DNA of 64,000 bases from Felis catus (lineage: Eukaryota). The notes below the pieces were generated by a model. It was not told the origin of the DNA. It was given only the letters and a program-made list of their open reading frames with translations, and did not search any database. The position numbers were made by a program, and so were the translations under genes. The stretch spans positions 110,052,001 to 110,116,000 of the forward strand of contig NC_058372.1 in the NCBI RefSeq assembly GCF_018350175.1, written 5' to 3'. This document shows positions 12,256 through 25,357 of the stretch, in pieces (position 1 is the stretch's first letter; every line of letters starts with the position of its first letter).

Positions 12256-14003
12256 TAGTCAATAATTGGTAACAAAACAAAGTGCTATTTACAAAAATAT
12301 AATGTACTTAATCATCTATTCATGAAAATTTTAAAATTTAAGACATATCATCTCTTAATTAAAAATATTATACCACAAAATAAGAGTTATCTTCTGGGCC
12401 CCATGTATCAAGATCAGGTTGCAAATGATGAATATTATTGCTGATAGTAAAGTGGCATCCTCTCTACATTTCAGCTGGAGGAAATCTGAATTGTTCTTAC
12501 ACAAGTACCCACATAAAATAAATGATACATGTTAAACACAACCAGATGTTTCTCATTTAGAATGATTCAAGTGCAAAGAAAAGAGATCGTGTATAGACTG
12601 ATAATGCAATCAACCTTATCCTGAAATTATTAAAAATCGGTTTTAACGTGCTTTTTATTCAGTAGAATTAACATATTTCTTATTTAAATTTTTACAGTAC
12701 AAAAATATTTTTCAGTGAATTTGTACTAAAATTATTTGTCAACTATTTTATATTTGACCAGTGTTGCTAGTCCAATATATTAAAGGTTTCAAAAATTGTT
12801 TTCCCTTTTTGAAAATAGAGGATTTTATGTGAATGGATTTAAATTCAAACACTAAAATCATTTGCTTGAAGCTTCTTCCATAGACTGAAATGTTTCAAGT
12901 GGTATCTAAGCACGGAAAAGCATGCTCATAGTATCTTCAATTATGAGTTATAGAAAACAAAACTTCAGAAATTGGAATTTGGTTGATTTTGAGGGGAAAT
13001 TGGGATCTCTGGAAAATGCCTCTGGCATGTAATGATGCTATCTGTTTTCATCTCTTTGATTAAATGAAGGTAGTTATTGAGCCTATTGCCATTAGTATGT
13101 TATTTATGAAGTGAATTAGAAATATTTTTTTCCTATTTGCATTTTTCCTCATTCTCTTTTTCTTTCTTAAAAATTAATTTTCTTCGTTAGCCTCTTAATG
13201 AAGTGAATTGTTTGCTAGGGCAGGGTTTGCCCAGCTTCATACTGTTAGTTTGCCTCCCTGAATGCCAGGGTTTTCATGCTGTTGTTGCATCATTGACACT
13301 GGAATTCTCCTCTACTGTATCTCCATGTACCATCTAAGCAGCAGAAAATATAATTAGGTCTGGTATCTTCTCAGTTCCTGGCACACCAACATTTTCTTTC
13401 TTTTTTTTTTTTTTTCCAATTGAATCTGTTCTAGTGAGCCTCCAAAGTAAAAAATTAAAGGATAGATGGAATAGGAAGGTTTATTTGTTTTCACTGAATT
13501 GTGCTCGGTATCTTGTTTGACAGTACCTGTGGTAAATCTGCTGTTTTACTCCTTTTAGAAAGCATGTGAATTGTAGCTGGTGGAGAAACAATTTTTATCA
13601 TCATCAATTCTTGTCTCAGCTACCACCAGGGTGGGTGCCGCTGATCTGTATTACAGACTCTCGCCTGCCAAATGTCCAGGGTCTTCCATTCATCACAGGC
13701 TTGAGATATGCTGACGGTCAAGGACCGCTGGAGACCACACAGCCAGGATATCACTTCACTCCTCAAATAGACCTAGTAGTTTTGTGAAAATATAAGTTTA
13801 ACTACTATGTCACGTTGATTTAGAAGAACTGAACCATTATAATCCCATTACAAATTTTCTATACAAAAGATAGAATAGACTTTTTAAGTCTGAAGCCGTT
13901 TTTTTGGTACAGAAATTTAAGATCTCCTGGGAAATGCAGATTTCTGTTTAGAGAATTTGCTCCCCCCACCAGTCATGTCAGAGTTGCTTTTATTATAACA
14001 TTT

Positions 14004-14206
14004 TTAAAAATGTTTATTTATTTTTGAGAGGGAGTGCAGAGAGTGGGAGTGTGAGCGGGGGAGGGGCAGAGAGAGAGAGGGAGACAGAGGATCCAAAGCG
14101 GGCACCATGCTGACAGCAGAAAGCCTGGATGCAGGAATCAAACCCACAAATTGTGAGATCATGGCCTTAGTGGAAGGCAGACACTCAGCCAACTGAGCCA
14201 CCCAGG
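14004..14206 (-). mobile_element. CanSINE with extra, locally templated sequence at its 5' junction
   Basis: SINE body ends at AACTGAGCCACCCAGG; TSD TATAACATTT at 13994-14003 and 14242-14251 encloses ~35 extra bp. Confidence 0.93.
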
Positions 14207-15017
14207 GATTATAATGGTTCAATTCTTCTAAATCAATGTGATATAACATTTCTTTAACAGTGGAAGATTTTCCATTCCATCGTGACTTATGATTGCTAGT
14301 TATTATCAAAATTATCAGGCAATGACCATGAAAAACTGAACAGAGAAGGAGTCATGCAAATTGCTTGGTTGGAGAACTTCTCAAAGACTTAAATAGATTT
14401 GGAATGGAAGATGCAAGACTAGGTTAAATATAAAAACTTGCCAAATAAATGTTGAAAAACAATGACCAAATCTTTAAAATTTCAAGGATTGAGATTAAAG
14501 GCTTAAAAGAATTTATTTTCTCTGTTACACAAACTTGATCCTCCTTTTAGTGTGTGTGTTCTTACAATTCTGTGATTTATCCACATGCACTTGCATTTAT
14601 CATACTTTTGTTCTGTTTTTCTTCCTTCTTATATCTTAATCTCTTTTGTGGGCAGGGAACACTGCAAATCTTTAATTGTGCCAGATGTCTGACTGCTGAG
14701 TAAATATTGGTTGATTGAGCCATGAGGATGTGTTTTCATGATTGCATCTTTCTATACAGAACAGTTATTAAGTTTTTTTTCCAGCTTTCTGTCTTTATGG
14801 GAAAGAGTAGTCTGAATATAGGGTGGGCAGTGGGTATAAATGTAAATTATGGACTCATTCTGTATTTTTAAATCTTTATGCTCTTCTTTTACATAAATAC
14901 ATATGAACCATACACATATATGAACATAAATGTATGTGCATACAAACATACATTTACATATATAAATATATACATATGAACCAGGAATCACCCATTGGTG
15001 GTAGTATATATAGAGAG

Positions 15018-15035
15018 TGTGTGTGTGTGTGTGTG
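15018..15035. repeat. (GT)n microsatellite after a TA/CA-rich low-complexity tract (14880-15010)
   Basis: Read directly. Confidence 0.9.
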
Positions 15036-17395
15036 TTTTCCCTTTGAGTGTAGAGGTGGTCTTTTACACTATGAACCACATGATGTATGTTTCATGGTTA
15101 ACACATAGTAGATGCTCAAAAAATGTTTGTGCCTCTTGATGATAGATGAGAGGACTCTAGTTATTTTCTGTCACCTGCATGGAACTAATACTATAGTAGT
15201 TAACATTCTATAAAAAAAGTTAAAGTCCTAGAGTCTTCCAGGTCATCCTTGAGACTTAATGTGTCTCCCCAGAATTCAGTAAATTTTCTTCACCAAGCAG
15301 AACTCATCAGTCATGCCTCTGGGCTCCTTTTTATTTTCTTCCATGTGCCATGAAAAAAGAAGAAGTGAATAAGACAATGTAAGAGAAGAATAAGGAGATG
15401 TGGTCACTGTTCAACAACTCGCTCTGTTGTTGGCTTTGGCTTTCATTCAGATGCGAATGAATGGGAAAGATTCCAAAGGCCAAAAGGCAGTTTTATAACA
15501 TAATATATTAATTAAACAAACAAATTCTGAATATAAAGTCTGGGATTTTTTTCCCCTCAAATGTCACTCTTACTAATGATTGTAAATATGTCTTTCAAAG
15601 AAGTTGAAGTTAGGGATGCTGTTACTTGCTGAAGGGGCTAGACAGAGAAATATTATGACCAGCAGTGTTTTCTAATCTATGCACCTGGGATGATATCTGC
15701 CTTCTTTGTGGTGATGGATGATATTTGTAGAAGGTGCAATAGCTTTGTACAGTCTGTGATAAAAGCAATGAAGGCCACATTAACATATCATCATCTATAA
15801 ATATCTTTAAGTAGAACTGGGATATAGTCTCCACAAGGTCAGAGATTTTTGTCTGTTTTTATATATGCTAAGACTTAAAATGGTCCTTAACACATAGTAG
15901 TCATGAAAGAAATAGTTACTGAATAAAATATTGGAAATATGGACACATTATTCTTGCATTTTATCATCTTTGGTTATGCAAGTTGTGTTTTGTTTTCCTG
16001 ACTTCATAATTATCTGCTGAGTAATCTATGTAATCTGAAGAGATATAAAATATAGAATGGTCTTGACAATCATGACAGAAAAACACTTCCATCACAAACA
16101 TTTTTTTTCCTTTTGGCTATTTTTCTCAAATAGATTGATTATATGGATGGCTGTTTGATTCCATTGCATGATACACTGTAGAAATCAAATAAACTAAGCT
16201 TTGGTGAAGATTATTTTGAATAAATGAATAGAGTATTTAATAATTTTGAGAATATATTTCAGAAATATATATGATATTACTAGCCTTAAAACAGACATAG
16301 TAATAGTATCTTCTACATTATGCAGACAACAAATAGTGAGACAGGAGTGCTAAAGCACTTCTATGGAAGGACTTATATGTTCTTAATAATATTAAATTCT
16401 TCCAGTAATTGAGAATTTTTATTCTAATAATGACATTGGTAATAAACCAGTATGACATATATTAAAGATTAGACTCATAATTCATCTTGTAGAATACAAT
16501 TATTCACAAATCATTCCCTGAAATACCTCTTTAACATTTTTTTTTGCTTACTAGGTTATTCCATTCAATCTTTGATACTATTACTTTAGGATGCTACCTG
16601 AGCACTACACTTCTTCCCACCATTTATTTAATTAAAAAAAAATACACACACACAGTCACACACACATTTGCATTTTGCAGTTATTATCCTAATGTGTCTT
16701 TTTAGTTTCATTCTAGGCATAAATACCAAATCTAACAAACATTATTAATCATCATGCTGATGATATTAATAACACTAACAATAATCCACTCTGGATTTTA
16801 TTTTCACAAACTCAAATTTAAATTATTTTTTTCAACTTGAGCGGTAAACAGTTCCTTAAGATCCTCTGAGACGAGTGAGAATAGAGCAGAAAGGCCAACT
16901 GTTAGGATTATTAGACCTTCATTTGGACCTGAGGCCAATGTTTAACTTGAATGGAGAGCTGGAGAGTTAGTATTTACTGTCTTTGCAGTACGGGAGAGTC
17001 TAATTCTGGAAGCCACAGAGGAATGAAGGTAAGGTCTTACCTATTATTCTTCTGGCCTGATACACCCTGCCCCACTCTTTTGAAATGTATGGATGTATTG
17101 TATCTGACACTAGGGAGAGTGTCAGCTAAGTTTAAACTTTTCTTAGCTTTTCCATAGCCAATGGAATGTCTTTTGTTAGAAGATTCTTGGGAAGGTTGAG
17201 AAATGAGAAAAGATATGGCAGTCCTGCTGGAATAGATCTAAGAAACACTGCTATCACCAGTCCTGCCTTTATCAGACATTCCATTGGCTGATATATGGCC
17301 ATTAAATATGTTCTACTTTTACTTGTTGATGTGAGATGAGCTTTTGGGTGATGAGTGTACAACACTCACTTGAATGTGCAATGCTGGGTCCAGTA

Positions 17396-17578
17396 CAGGT
17401 GCCTGGGTGGCTCAGTCAGTTAAGTGTCTGACTCTTGATTTCTGCTCAGGTCATGATCTCACAGTTTGTGGGATCGAGCCCCATGTAAGGCTGTGTGCTG
17501 GCAGCATGGAGCCTGCTCTCTGCCCCTCCCCGACTCTCTCTCTCTCAAAATAAATAAATAAACTTTAAAATACAATAA
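17396..17578 (+). mobile_element. CanSINE (older, internal deletion)
   Basis: GGTGCCTGGGTGGCTCAGTCAGTTAAG head and AAAATAAATAAATAAAC tail. Confidence 0.92.
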
Positions 17579-20219
17579 AATTTACATCTACAAACCAGAG
17601 GTTAAATATGTCCTCACAAAAGTGAAATATCATTTGGAAATTATAATAAGTCCTAGATTAACTCACCATGAATAGAATTTTAACCAGGTGTTTTATTGTT
17701 GCGTAAATAAATTCAGTAAGTAAATCACATAGCAACCAGTTAGAGGCCTGTGATACACTGATTAACAACCTAGCGGATATTTTTTTCCTACATTCCACAT
17801 TTAGAGGAAAGATGAAACAATATTAGGTAAAAATATCTCCTATCTCAGGTATTATTAACTTTTCCATCATGAGATTTAAGTATAGTTTCAAAAAATGAAC
17901 AGAACCAAGGAAATGTTAAGGTATATTTACCATATTATTTATTCATGGTCAGAAATGAGGCCTTAGTGTATTACAAAAGGATTTTAAAATGGAAGATTGA
18001 GACTAAGTATGAGCTGTCTGATGAACTTACTGTTGTTCCAAAATAGTAAATTCACTAAATACCTTAATCGCAAAGTACTATGATCAGTGGAAGAATATTT
18101 ATCCAATACAGTGAGGTAAGATACACAAAGAGCAGCAGATGGTCTACTGAATAATTGAATACCTTTCAACTTTACCTGGCTTTCGTTGAACTCACCTATC
18201 TGGCCTATCTTTATTTGCTACTTTTCTACACAAACAACTAGAAACCTAATAGCTGACTCAGTTGTTGGGTTAAAGCTGAAAGTGTCCACATATTGTTTAA
18301 TTTCCTCCTTCTCTCACAGCTAAAGAAAGTCTATGCAAATAAAATTAAATTATGTAAATACACACTGCAAGTTAATGGAAGGACATAGCTAAAACCTAGT
18401 TTCTTAACTTCTGGTCCAGTGTTCTTTCTATGCTATTATCCTGCTTCCCTCAGGCAATTTGCTACAAAGTATTAAAACTGGGCAAAATTCTATTTTCTCA
18501 AATCATCCAGAATAGTGATTCCTAATGTTTTTGGAGCTATTACTTCCTTATTATGCTAATCATGCTGAATCCTTGCAAAATAGAGTAACCTGTTTCTCTT
18601 CCTGTTTGTTTTCCTTTTCTTTTTTTAAAGATGACACACTTTGAAATTTGGTTTTGAGATTTGAGAACTTTGAAATATTTCCAATGGAAAGTAAACTCCT
18701 TTTGGTAGGAAGCACATTGTCATGTTTATGTTCCTAGCAATTAATAGAATGGTGCATAACAAATGTTCTCTGAACTGAATTAAGCTTAACAAAATTGATA
18801 TAATTGACAACGGGTTAGTGAAATCATGCTTTGAAATCACTTACTCAGAGAGTGTTTCAATTTCCCACTTTGTGTGGGTAGATGTTGTCTATGTTGAAAA
18901 TAAGCTGATCTATTTAACCGAGGATGGCAATGACAAACAGGAATTTACTTATGGTCCTTGCCTGGTTAGGTTTTTCATTACTTATGTTGCAATTGTTAGT
19001 TGCTGTCATGATACTGTTACATGTTTTCCTCATTTTAATATAGCTGTACTTTTTATAATAATTTACTTTTGGTTGTCTTCTCAGCAGACTGATAATTAAT
19101 GTCATTATTTACTTTACACTGTCTATTGTGATTCATCCTTTTGTGTCCTCACATAGTCCTTTTGCCTTTGACTATAACTTCAAAGAAAGCTTAAATAAAT
19201 GAAGAGATGTATAGGCTCACTGTTAAAGGAGAGGAATCTTAAAAACCTGAATACAAAATGGTTATGTATTTCTTTTTGGTCTTTCATAAGTATTAAATTT
19301 GAAAGTCTCTTCTTGAGGAAGTCCTTTCGCCATACTTAACCCCTTCTTGGCCCTTGGCTCTCCTTTTTAATTCAGTGTGTGTGCATGCTATGTGCAGTGT
19401 ATGATATACTAGATGAGAGGGCTTGTATTTAGTAGAATAATCCAGCAGATGGGCCTTGAGACGAATCTGGGCAGCTACAAACTTAGAGAACACAAGAAAC
19501 AGCCCCCCCCCCCACCGAACTCCAAGTCCTAGTATTGGCCATAGCTCTTCCAGACAAGGACCTCTTTGGGGCCACAGGAGACATGTGAGCACTTGTTAGA
19601 ACAAATCTTCTTATGCCTCCACCTGAGTGGGGTGGTCAGAGAGGGCAATAACTTTACTCCAGATTTTATTGTTTGCAGATAAAAGTATATACCGAACAGC
19701 TGCTTTATTCAGACAAATAAAAATGAAATAAATGATAAATGTTTCTCTTTTGTACTTTTTCTTTCTTTCTTTCTTTCTTTCTTTTTTGGAAGCACACATT
19801 CTGTGGCCTAGATAAATGTGTTTAAGCGATATCTATCTGTTTATACATTGCTTTGTTTCCTGGTATTCTTTCTTTTTCTGTCCTTGTGGAAACATTGTAG
19901 ATTCTTATATATGCTTTGTTTATGCTTGTTGGATGGATGAATAAAGGAAGAACAGAAATATAGATAGATCTGGAACATTTCTAAGAAATAAATCATCTAG
20001 TCCTGTTCCCTGGTACTAGGAGTAAGAATATGGAAGTCTGGAGAGGCTGCACAACTTTTGATGAGTGGCAGGAGTGCTTAGTGTCCATTTCCCTTGATTC
20101 CCACTACATTATATTTTCCACTGCAAAAATACAACTTCTGCTAAATTGTGAGGCTTTTTATAACTCTTGACTCCAGGATTGAGGAGATTCTCATTTAGTG
20201 CCTGAGCCTTTGTGATCCT

Positions 20220-20790
20220 AATATAACTTCATACCATAGAAATATCTACTAGAGTAAGATGTAGCCAGAAATCCTATTTCTCTCCTACAATAATGTATAT
20301 AAGGAATCATAAAAATGAGTTTTAGTTAATTCCAGCAATGTTTATAATAATAAAATCCTGGAAAGAACCTAAATGTTTCTTTCTGTATGGGGAGTGGCTA
20401 AATGAATCTTAATATTTTTATTCTAGGAAATAAAACTGTTACTTTGCAAAAGTTAAAAAGAATGTCATACCTATTTTGATAATAGCAACAGAATTCTAAG
20501 ACATCGTACGATAAAAAATAAAAGTTATAGAATATCTACAGTATGTAAAACACACAGACATGTAAAAAACAATATAAAGTAGTTCTGGATCCATGTGATA
20601 TTTATGTAAAAGTATTAAGAAAAGATGGGAAATATATTAAATTTGTGATAGATATAGTTACCTACAGGGCAGGTAGGACTAAAAGTGAAGGTGGCTTTTG
20701 AAAGTGGCTTGATTTCATCTCCATGTTTAAATTTGTAAAAAATAGAATGTATTTATGAATTATTTATGTAATGTAAAAAAAAAGTTTTTA
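20220..20790 (+). mobile_element. Ancient L1ME-type 3' fragment
   Basis: CAGCAATGTTTATAATAATAAAATCCTGGAAAGAACCTAAATGT...GGAGTGGCTAAATGAAT resembles the L1 ORF2 end/3'UTR. Confidence 0.65.
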
Positions 20791-21499
20791 AAAGCACAAG
20801 ATCCAATAAAAACTAAACCTCTATTTTGACATCACCTTACACTTGGGGCTGGGAGAGAATATGCAGATGTGCAAGAGGGGTTGTCATTCTGGGCCAGCTA
20901 ATGTTCTATAAAAGAGATAAATAAGTTATTGATATGTAATTATTATATAAAATGAAGAAAATTATAGAGAGTAGGGATCAGTAGTGAAAAAAGATAGTTA
21001 AGTTAATGATGTTTTTGTCAACAGAGTTAATTTCATTAATAGTAAGAAACCAAATTTTTCAAGTCCAGATAAGTGATAAACTCAAATATTCACTACATTA
21101 TATTCTGTGAAGAAAGATCAGGATTTTCAGGGTTTGACTATTCTGAAATATTTTATCTTTTGTTGCTTGTGTACTTCATCATTATGTATGTTTTGACATT
21201 AATGGAAATCAGAAGAAATGAGTAAAAAATCAGGACCAGGAAAAAATGGAGGCATTTAAACATATACTTAGGGGAAAACAGTGAAATAAACAAAAATGCT
21301 AAACTATTGGTAGAGAAGAATGGTATCTCACTAAAATATTTATCTTTCTGAGGTCTGAGCCTGCTGCTAGGAATATGATGTCATCTTAAAGGATTATTTA
21401 GGAAGAAGAGCTTCATGAATAGCTTTTTTACATCAAAAATGATTCATAACAAAACTTTGTGAGGTTTATTTAAGGGAAGTTATGCAGTAAGGAAGTTAA

Positions 21500-21710
21500 G
21501 ATCACTAGCTTAATGCTTAGACATATCCAAGTTTTGAAACCTGATTCTACCACTTACAGGTTGTTAGATCTTGTGTAAGTTATTAAACCTATCTGTGCCT
21601 CAGTTTACTCTTTTGTTAAAGGCAAGGATACTGCATATCTTGCACGTTGTTTTAAGGAGGTAATAAATGATGTAATGAAAGAAAAGCATTTGGTAGTACT
21701 CGGTAAACTG
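21500..21710 (+). mobile_element. MIR
   Basis: TTTGAAACCTGATTCTACCACTTAC...AAGTTATTAAACCTATCTGTGCCTCAGTTTACTC. Confidence 0.75.
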
Positions 21711-22209
21711 AAGAAGAGTTACTTTTTTCTCCCTGTAGGGGAAGTTTATAAATGTAGGCCGACAGTAAAATGATAGTTTTTTTTAGTCAGAAAAAGTGTA
21801 GATTATTTACCTCTTTAGTTAACTTGATGAATATAGACACATATCGTACAGCTATGACCATTTAATCCCAGTGGCAAGCTTTTCAAGGTTTTCGGCAAAA
21901 GTGGAAAAACCAGCCAGTTTTCTTGGATTAGTGTGGCCAAAGGGGATGGGAGAGTCAGAGTCAGAAGATGGCGGGGGAGAGACTGAAGATGAAAGTGACA
22001 GTGGGGAGATGAAGCTGCCCAGTGTTCTGCCCACAGGGCTGTCCTCTTCTTGCACACAGATGACAACTGACTTCAATTGACAAGGACTGGGGGAGTAGAT
22101 GTAAGTAGATAAAAGCATGGAGAGTATTTACCAATGCTAAACTACTCTTGTGTGGTTCCTTTAGAATTGTCCCTTTTCTTCATGTGCATATCTATCACAA
22201 GCTTTACTT

Positions 22210-22290
22210 AAACAAAACAAAACAAAACAAAACAAAACAAACAAAACACACACACACACACACACACACACCAAAAAACAAAAACACAAA
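22210..22290. repeat. Compound (AAAAC)n-(AC)n microsatellite
   Basis: Read directly. Confidence 0.93.
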
Positions 22291-22616
22291 CCTAAAACAT
22301 GTGGGTCTCAGACATATAAGCAGATTATGGTTTATCTAAGTTATCCTTAAATATAGAGATAATTAAAGTGGTGGGAAAGTCCACATATTCCAGTTTTTCC
22401 TCATTAAATAATTCTACATTTAGGAAGGTCTTTCATCTAATTTCTATTTCCCAACACACACATACCACCCCACCCCCACCTCCACCCTGCCACATACACA
22501 CACATTATCACCACCCTAACACCTACACACACATCGCCAGGTTAGAAAAACTTCTTATGACTGCGTGCTTTTCTTCTGAATAACTGAGTAACTACTGGAA
22601 ATTACTGCTTTGCTTT

Positions 22617-22710
22617 GCTCCCTTTCTCTCTCTCCTCTTCCTCCTCCTCCTCCTCCTTCCTTCTCCTCCTTCTCTTCCTCCTCCTCCTCTTCTCCTTCTC
22701 CTTCTTTTTC
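22617..22710. repeat. (CCT/CTT)n polypyrimidine tract
   Basis: About 90 bp of almost pure C/T. Confidence 0.93.
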
Positions 22711-22759
22711 AGTGATATACTGATTTCTACTGCTTCTTTTACTAGAAATGAAAAATATC

Positions 22760-22960
22760 AGGACGTCTTGGTGGCTCAGTCGGTTGGGTGTTTGACTTTG
22801 GCTTGGGTCACAATCTCGTGGTTTGTGGGTTTGGGCCCTGTGTAGGGCTTTGTGCTGACAGCACAGAGCCTGCTTGGAATTCTCTCTCTCTCCCTCTCTC
22901 TCTGTCCCTCCCCTGCTTGTGCTTTGTCTCTAAGTAAATAAATAAATTTGAAAAAAAAGT
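22760..22960 (+). mobile_element. CanSINE (older)
   Basis: GTGGCTCAGTCGGTTG head, (CT)n and A-tail; flanked by AAAAATATC repeats. Confidence 0.92.
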
Positions 22961-23722
22961 AAGAAAAATATCCATTTACCATTCTTTGTAATATAACTTC
23001 TCATAGATCTCAACTTACTCAAATTCAATTTTCAAGATAGTAGTTGAAGCCCTAGTCAAGAACTCAGTATTCTGTTTCTGGTTTTAATACAAACATTGTC
23101 ACAGAATAAGCCAATACAAATGTACATGAAAACTATTGGTTCTCAAAGTGTTTTCATCTAAGGAAGGATTGAATATTTGTATTGAGCAAAATGTACTTTA
23201 TTTCCATAATTCCAGTTGTTTCATGGATACCTAACCAGATGGTTTTGACCAGGTGAATATTACTTTATCAAACATTAGGAAGTCAAAATTTTTCTCATTT
23301 TTAAAAATCAAACCTTATCTTTGTCCTTACCCGTTTCCTTTATTAAGGACTCAGCCAATGGGATTTAGATTTTTTGTGTGTATAGACTTTTTCAATAATT
23401 AAAATGACACTAAACCAAATATAAGCATCTTTCATTTACTATAGACATATAACTCTTCAGACAAAAGCCTGATTCAAAAAGTTGATCATCTGTATAGAAG
23501 GTTTTAAAAAGCAAAATGAACTATGTGGCTATTAATATCTTCAACTGGGATTCTATACATGGGATTGCAAATGATAACAGGCTATATATTCTGTTTTGTT
23601 TCCCTTTTTTGAATTAATTTCCAGGAATTGAAGAGCCAAATTTAATGTTTAATTTCAGTAAACACAGGCCTGGTGGTTGATATATTTATTTCATTCCCTT
23701 TATACACTTAAAAAATAAATCT

Positions 23723-23910
23723 ATTTTTATTATTGTGTTTATTTATTTATTTTGAGAGTGGGGAGGGGCAGAGAGAGAGGGAGAGAGAGAATCCCAAGCA
23801 GGCTCTGTGCTGTCAGTGCAGCTCGCAACTTGGGGCTCTGTCTCACAAACCATGAGATCAGACCTGAGCCAAAATCAAGAGTCAGTTGCTTAACCAACTA
23901 ACCCAACCCC
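23723..23910 (-). mobile_element. CanSINE (older)
   Basis: TTTATTTATTTTGAGAG...GAGAGAATCCCAAGCAGGCTCTGTGCTGTCAG...CTTAACCAACT. Confidence 0.9.
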
Positions 23911-23928
23911 TGAGATCCTATATTTCTT

Positions 23929-24152
23929 AAAAAAATTTTTTTTTACATTTATTTTTGACAGAGAGAGACAGAGCACAAGTGGGGGAGGGGCAGAGACACA
24001 GTGGGGGTGGGGAAGGAGACACAGAATCCGAAGCAGGCTCCAGGTTCTGAGCTGTCAGCACAGAGCCCGATGCAGAGCTCGAACTCACAAACTGCGAGAT
24101 CATGACCTGAGCCGAAGTCAGACGCTTAACCGACTGAACCACCCAGGCTCCC
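23929..24152 (-). mobile_element. CanSINE
   Basis: Full body; approximate TSD TGAGA(TC/CT)CTATATTTCT on both sides. Confidence 0.94.
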
Positions 24153-25357
24153 TGAGACTCTATATTTCTAACAAGCTCCCTGCTGATATGAATTCTACAG
24201 GTCTGGGGATTTTGCATAACAATGATGTACATAACTCTGGTATTTAGAGTCAGGTAAGGTTAATATTTTTTACTTGAAATCTAAGAATGTTTAGATTTTA
24301 AATTTAAGAATATTTGGAAGTTGCTTTCTGTCATGAACATTCACAAATAAAAAGCATTGATGGTAAAGGTGTATGCTGCAAACTAATATTTTCAGCCATA
24401 AATTGTCCCCTTACCGAGAGGTTTTGTTCACTGGAATGAAATTAAATCTTCTAATAATATATTAGACCAAATGTGTCTACAGATCTGTGCACATAGGTTT
24501 TGGGATAAATGCAGAATTCTTTCATGTTTCTGTGCAACTTAACTTCCTTATTGTGGATGCCTGATATGGCTTGATAGGAGCCAGGAGGAATGATGGGAAA
24601 AGAGTTGGATGCAGCAAGTTTATATGCTTTTACTTTTGAAATACAGCAAAATTTGTATAAGCTGCTTTTATATAACCATCATAGAAATGTTTTGTGGAAA
24701 AATGGGGACATTTATTAATAAAGACCCATTAAGTCATTCAGTTAATGTGAAAGCTGAGAATATTACCACTGTTGAACCAAGAAATAATTTTTATTTTCCC
24801 CCCTCCTTGAGATACATCACCAATGTTGCTATTCATAGTGACTTCATCAGATGATTTCCAGGAGCATGACTTGGAATCAGCTCCCTTATTAATAATGAAA
24901 AATTTATAAACAGATAACATTCACAATTGATAAAGTACTTCAGAGGCAATATAGATAGAATTTCAATATAATCCTAGTTAAGGCTGTCCGTGTTTCCATA
25001 TAATGTAGAAAAACTTTTCTTAATTTTAAAGAGGAGTGTCAACATCCATTACCATTTTATGGGAAAACATAGGCATAAAAGTTAAGGCCAGAGAAGTTGT
25101 CATTAACAGAGCTGAGAATAGAACTGTCATCTTAGATTTGAGTCTTTCACTAAATTCTCCCAATGAATTTGTCTCTGAGCAACATGTCAGTGAACAGAAT
25201 TTCTCCTTTCTTTTTAAGATTTACTTCATCCAATCTAAAACATTTATAAGAAGTCCATTTTGTGCAGTGAACTCTTACTAAGTGTTTTTGTAGAAAGGAT
25301 TTACATGAAAAAACAAAGCAAACACTAAACCTAAAAAGCAAAAACAAATTACTAAAT

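Noticed and set aside
13498..13770. TCGKSAVL as a P-loop/Walker A motif
   Set aside because: It lacks the first Gly of GxxxxGKS and the frame has three stops; chance is likely.
16830..17390. Unique-looking block with an 8-bp hairpin (CTGACACT/AGTGTCAG), possibly an old LTR
   Set aside because: I could not assign a family or termini; support is insufficient.
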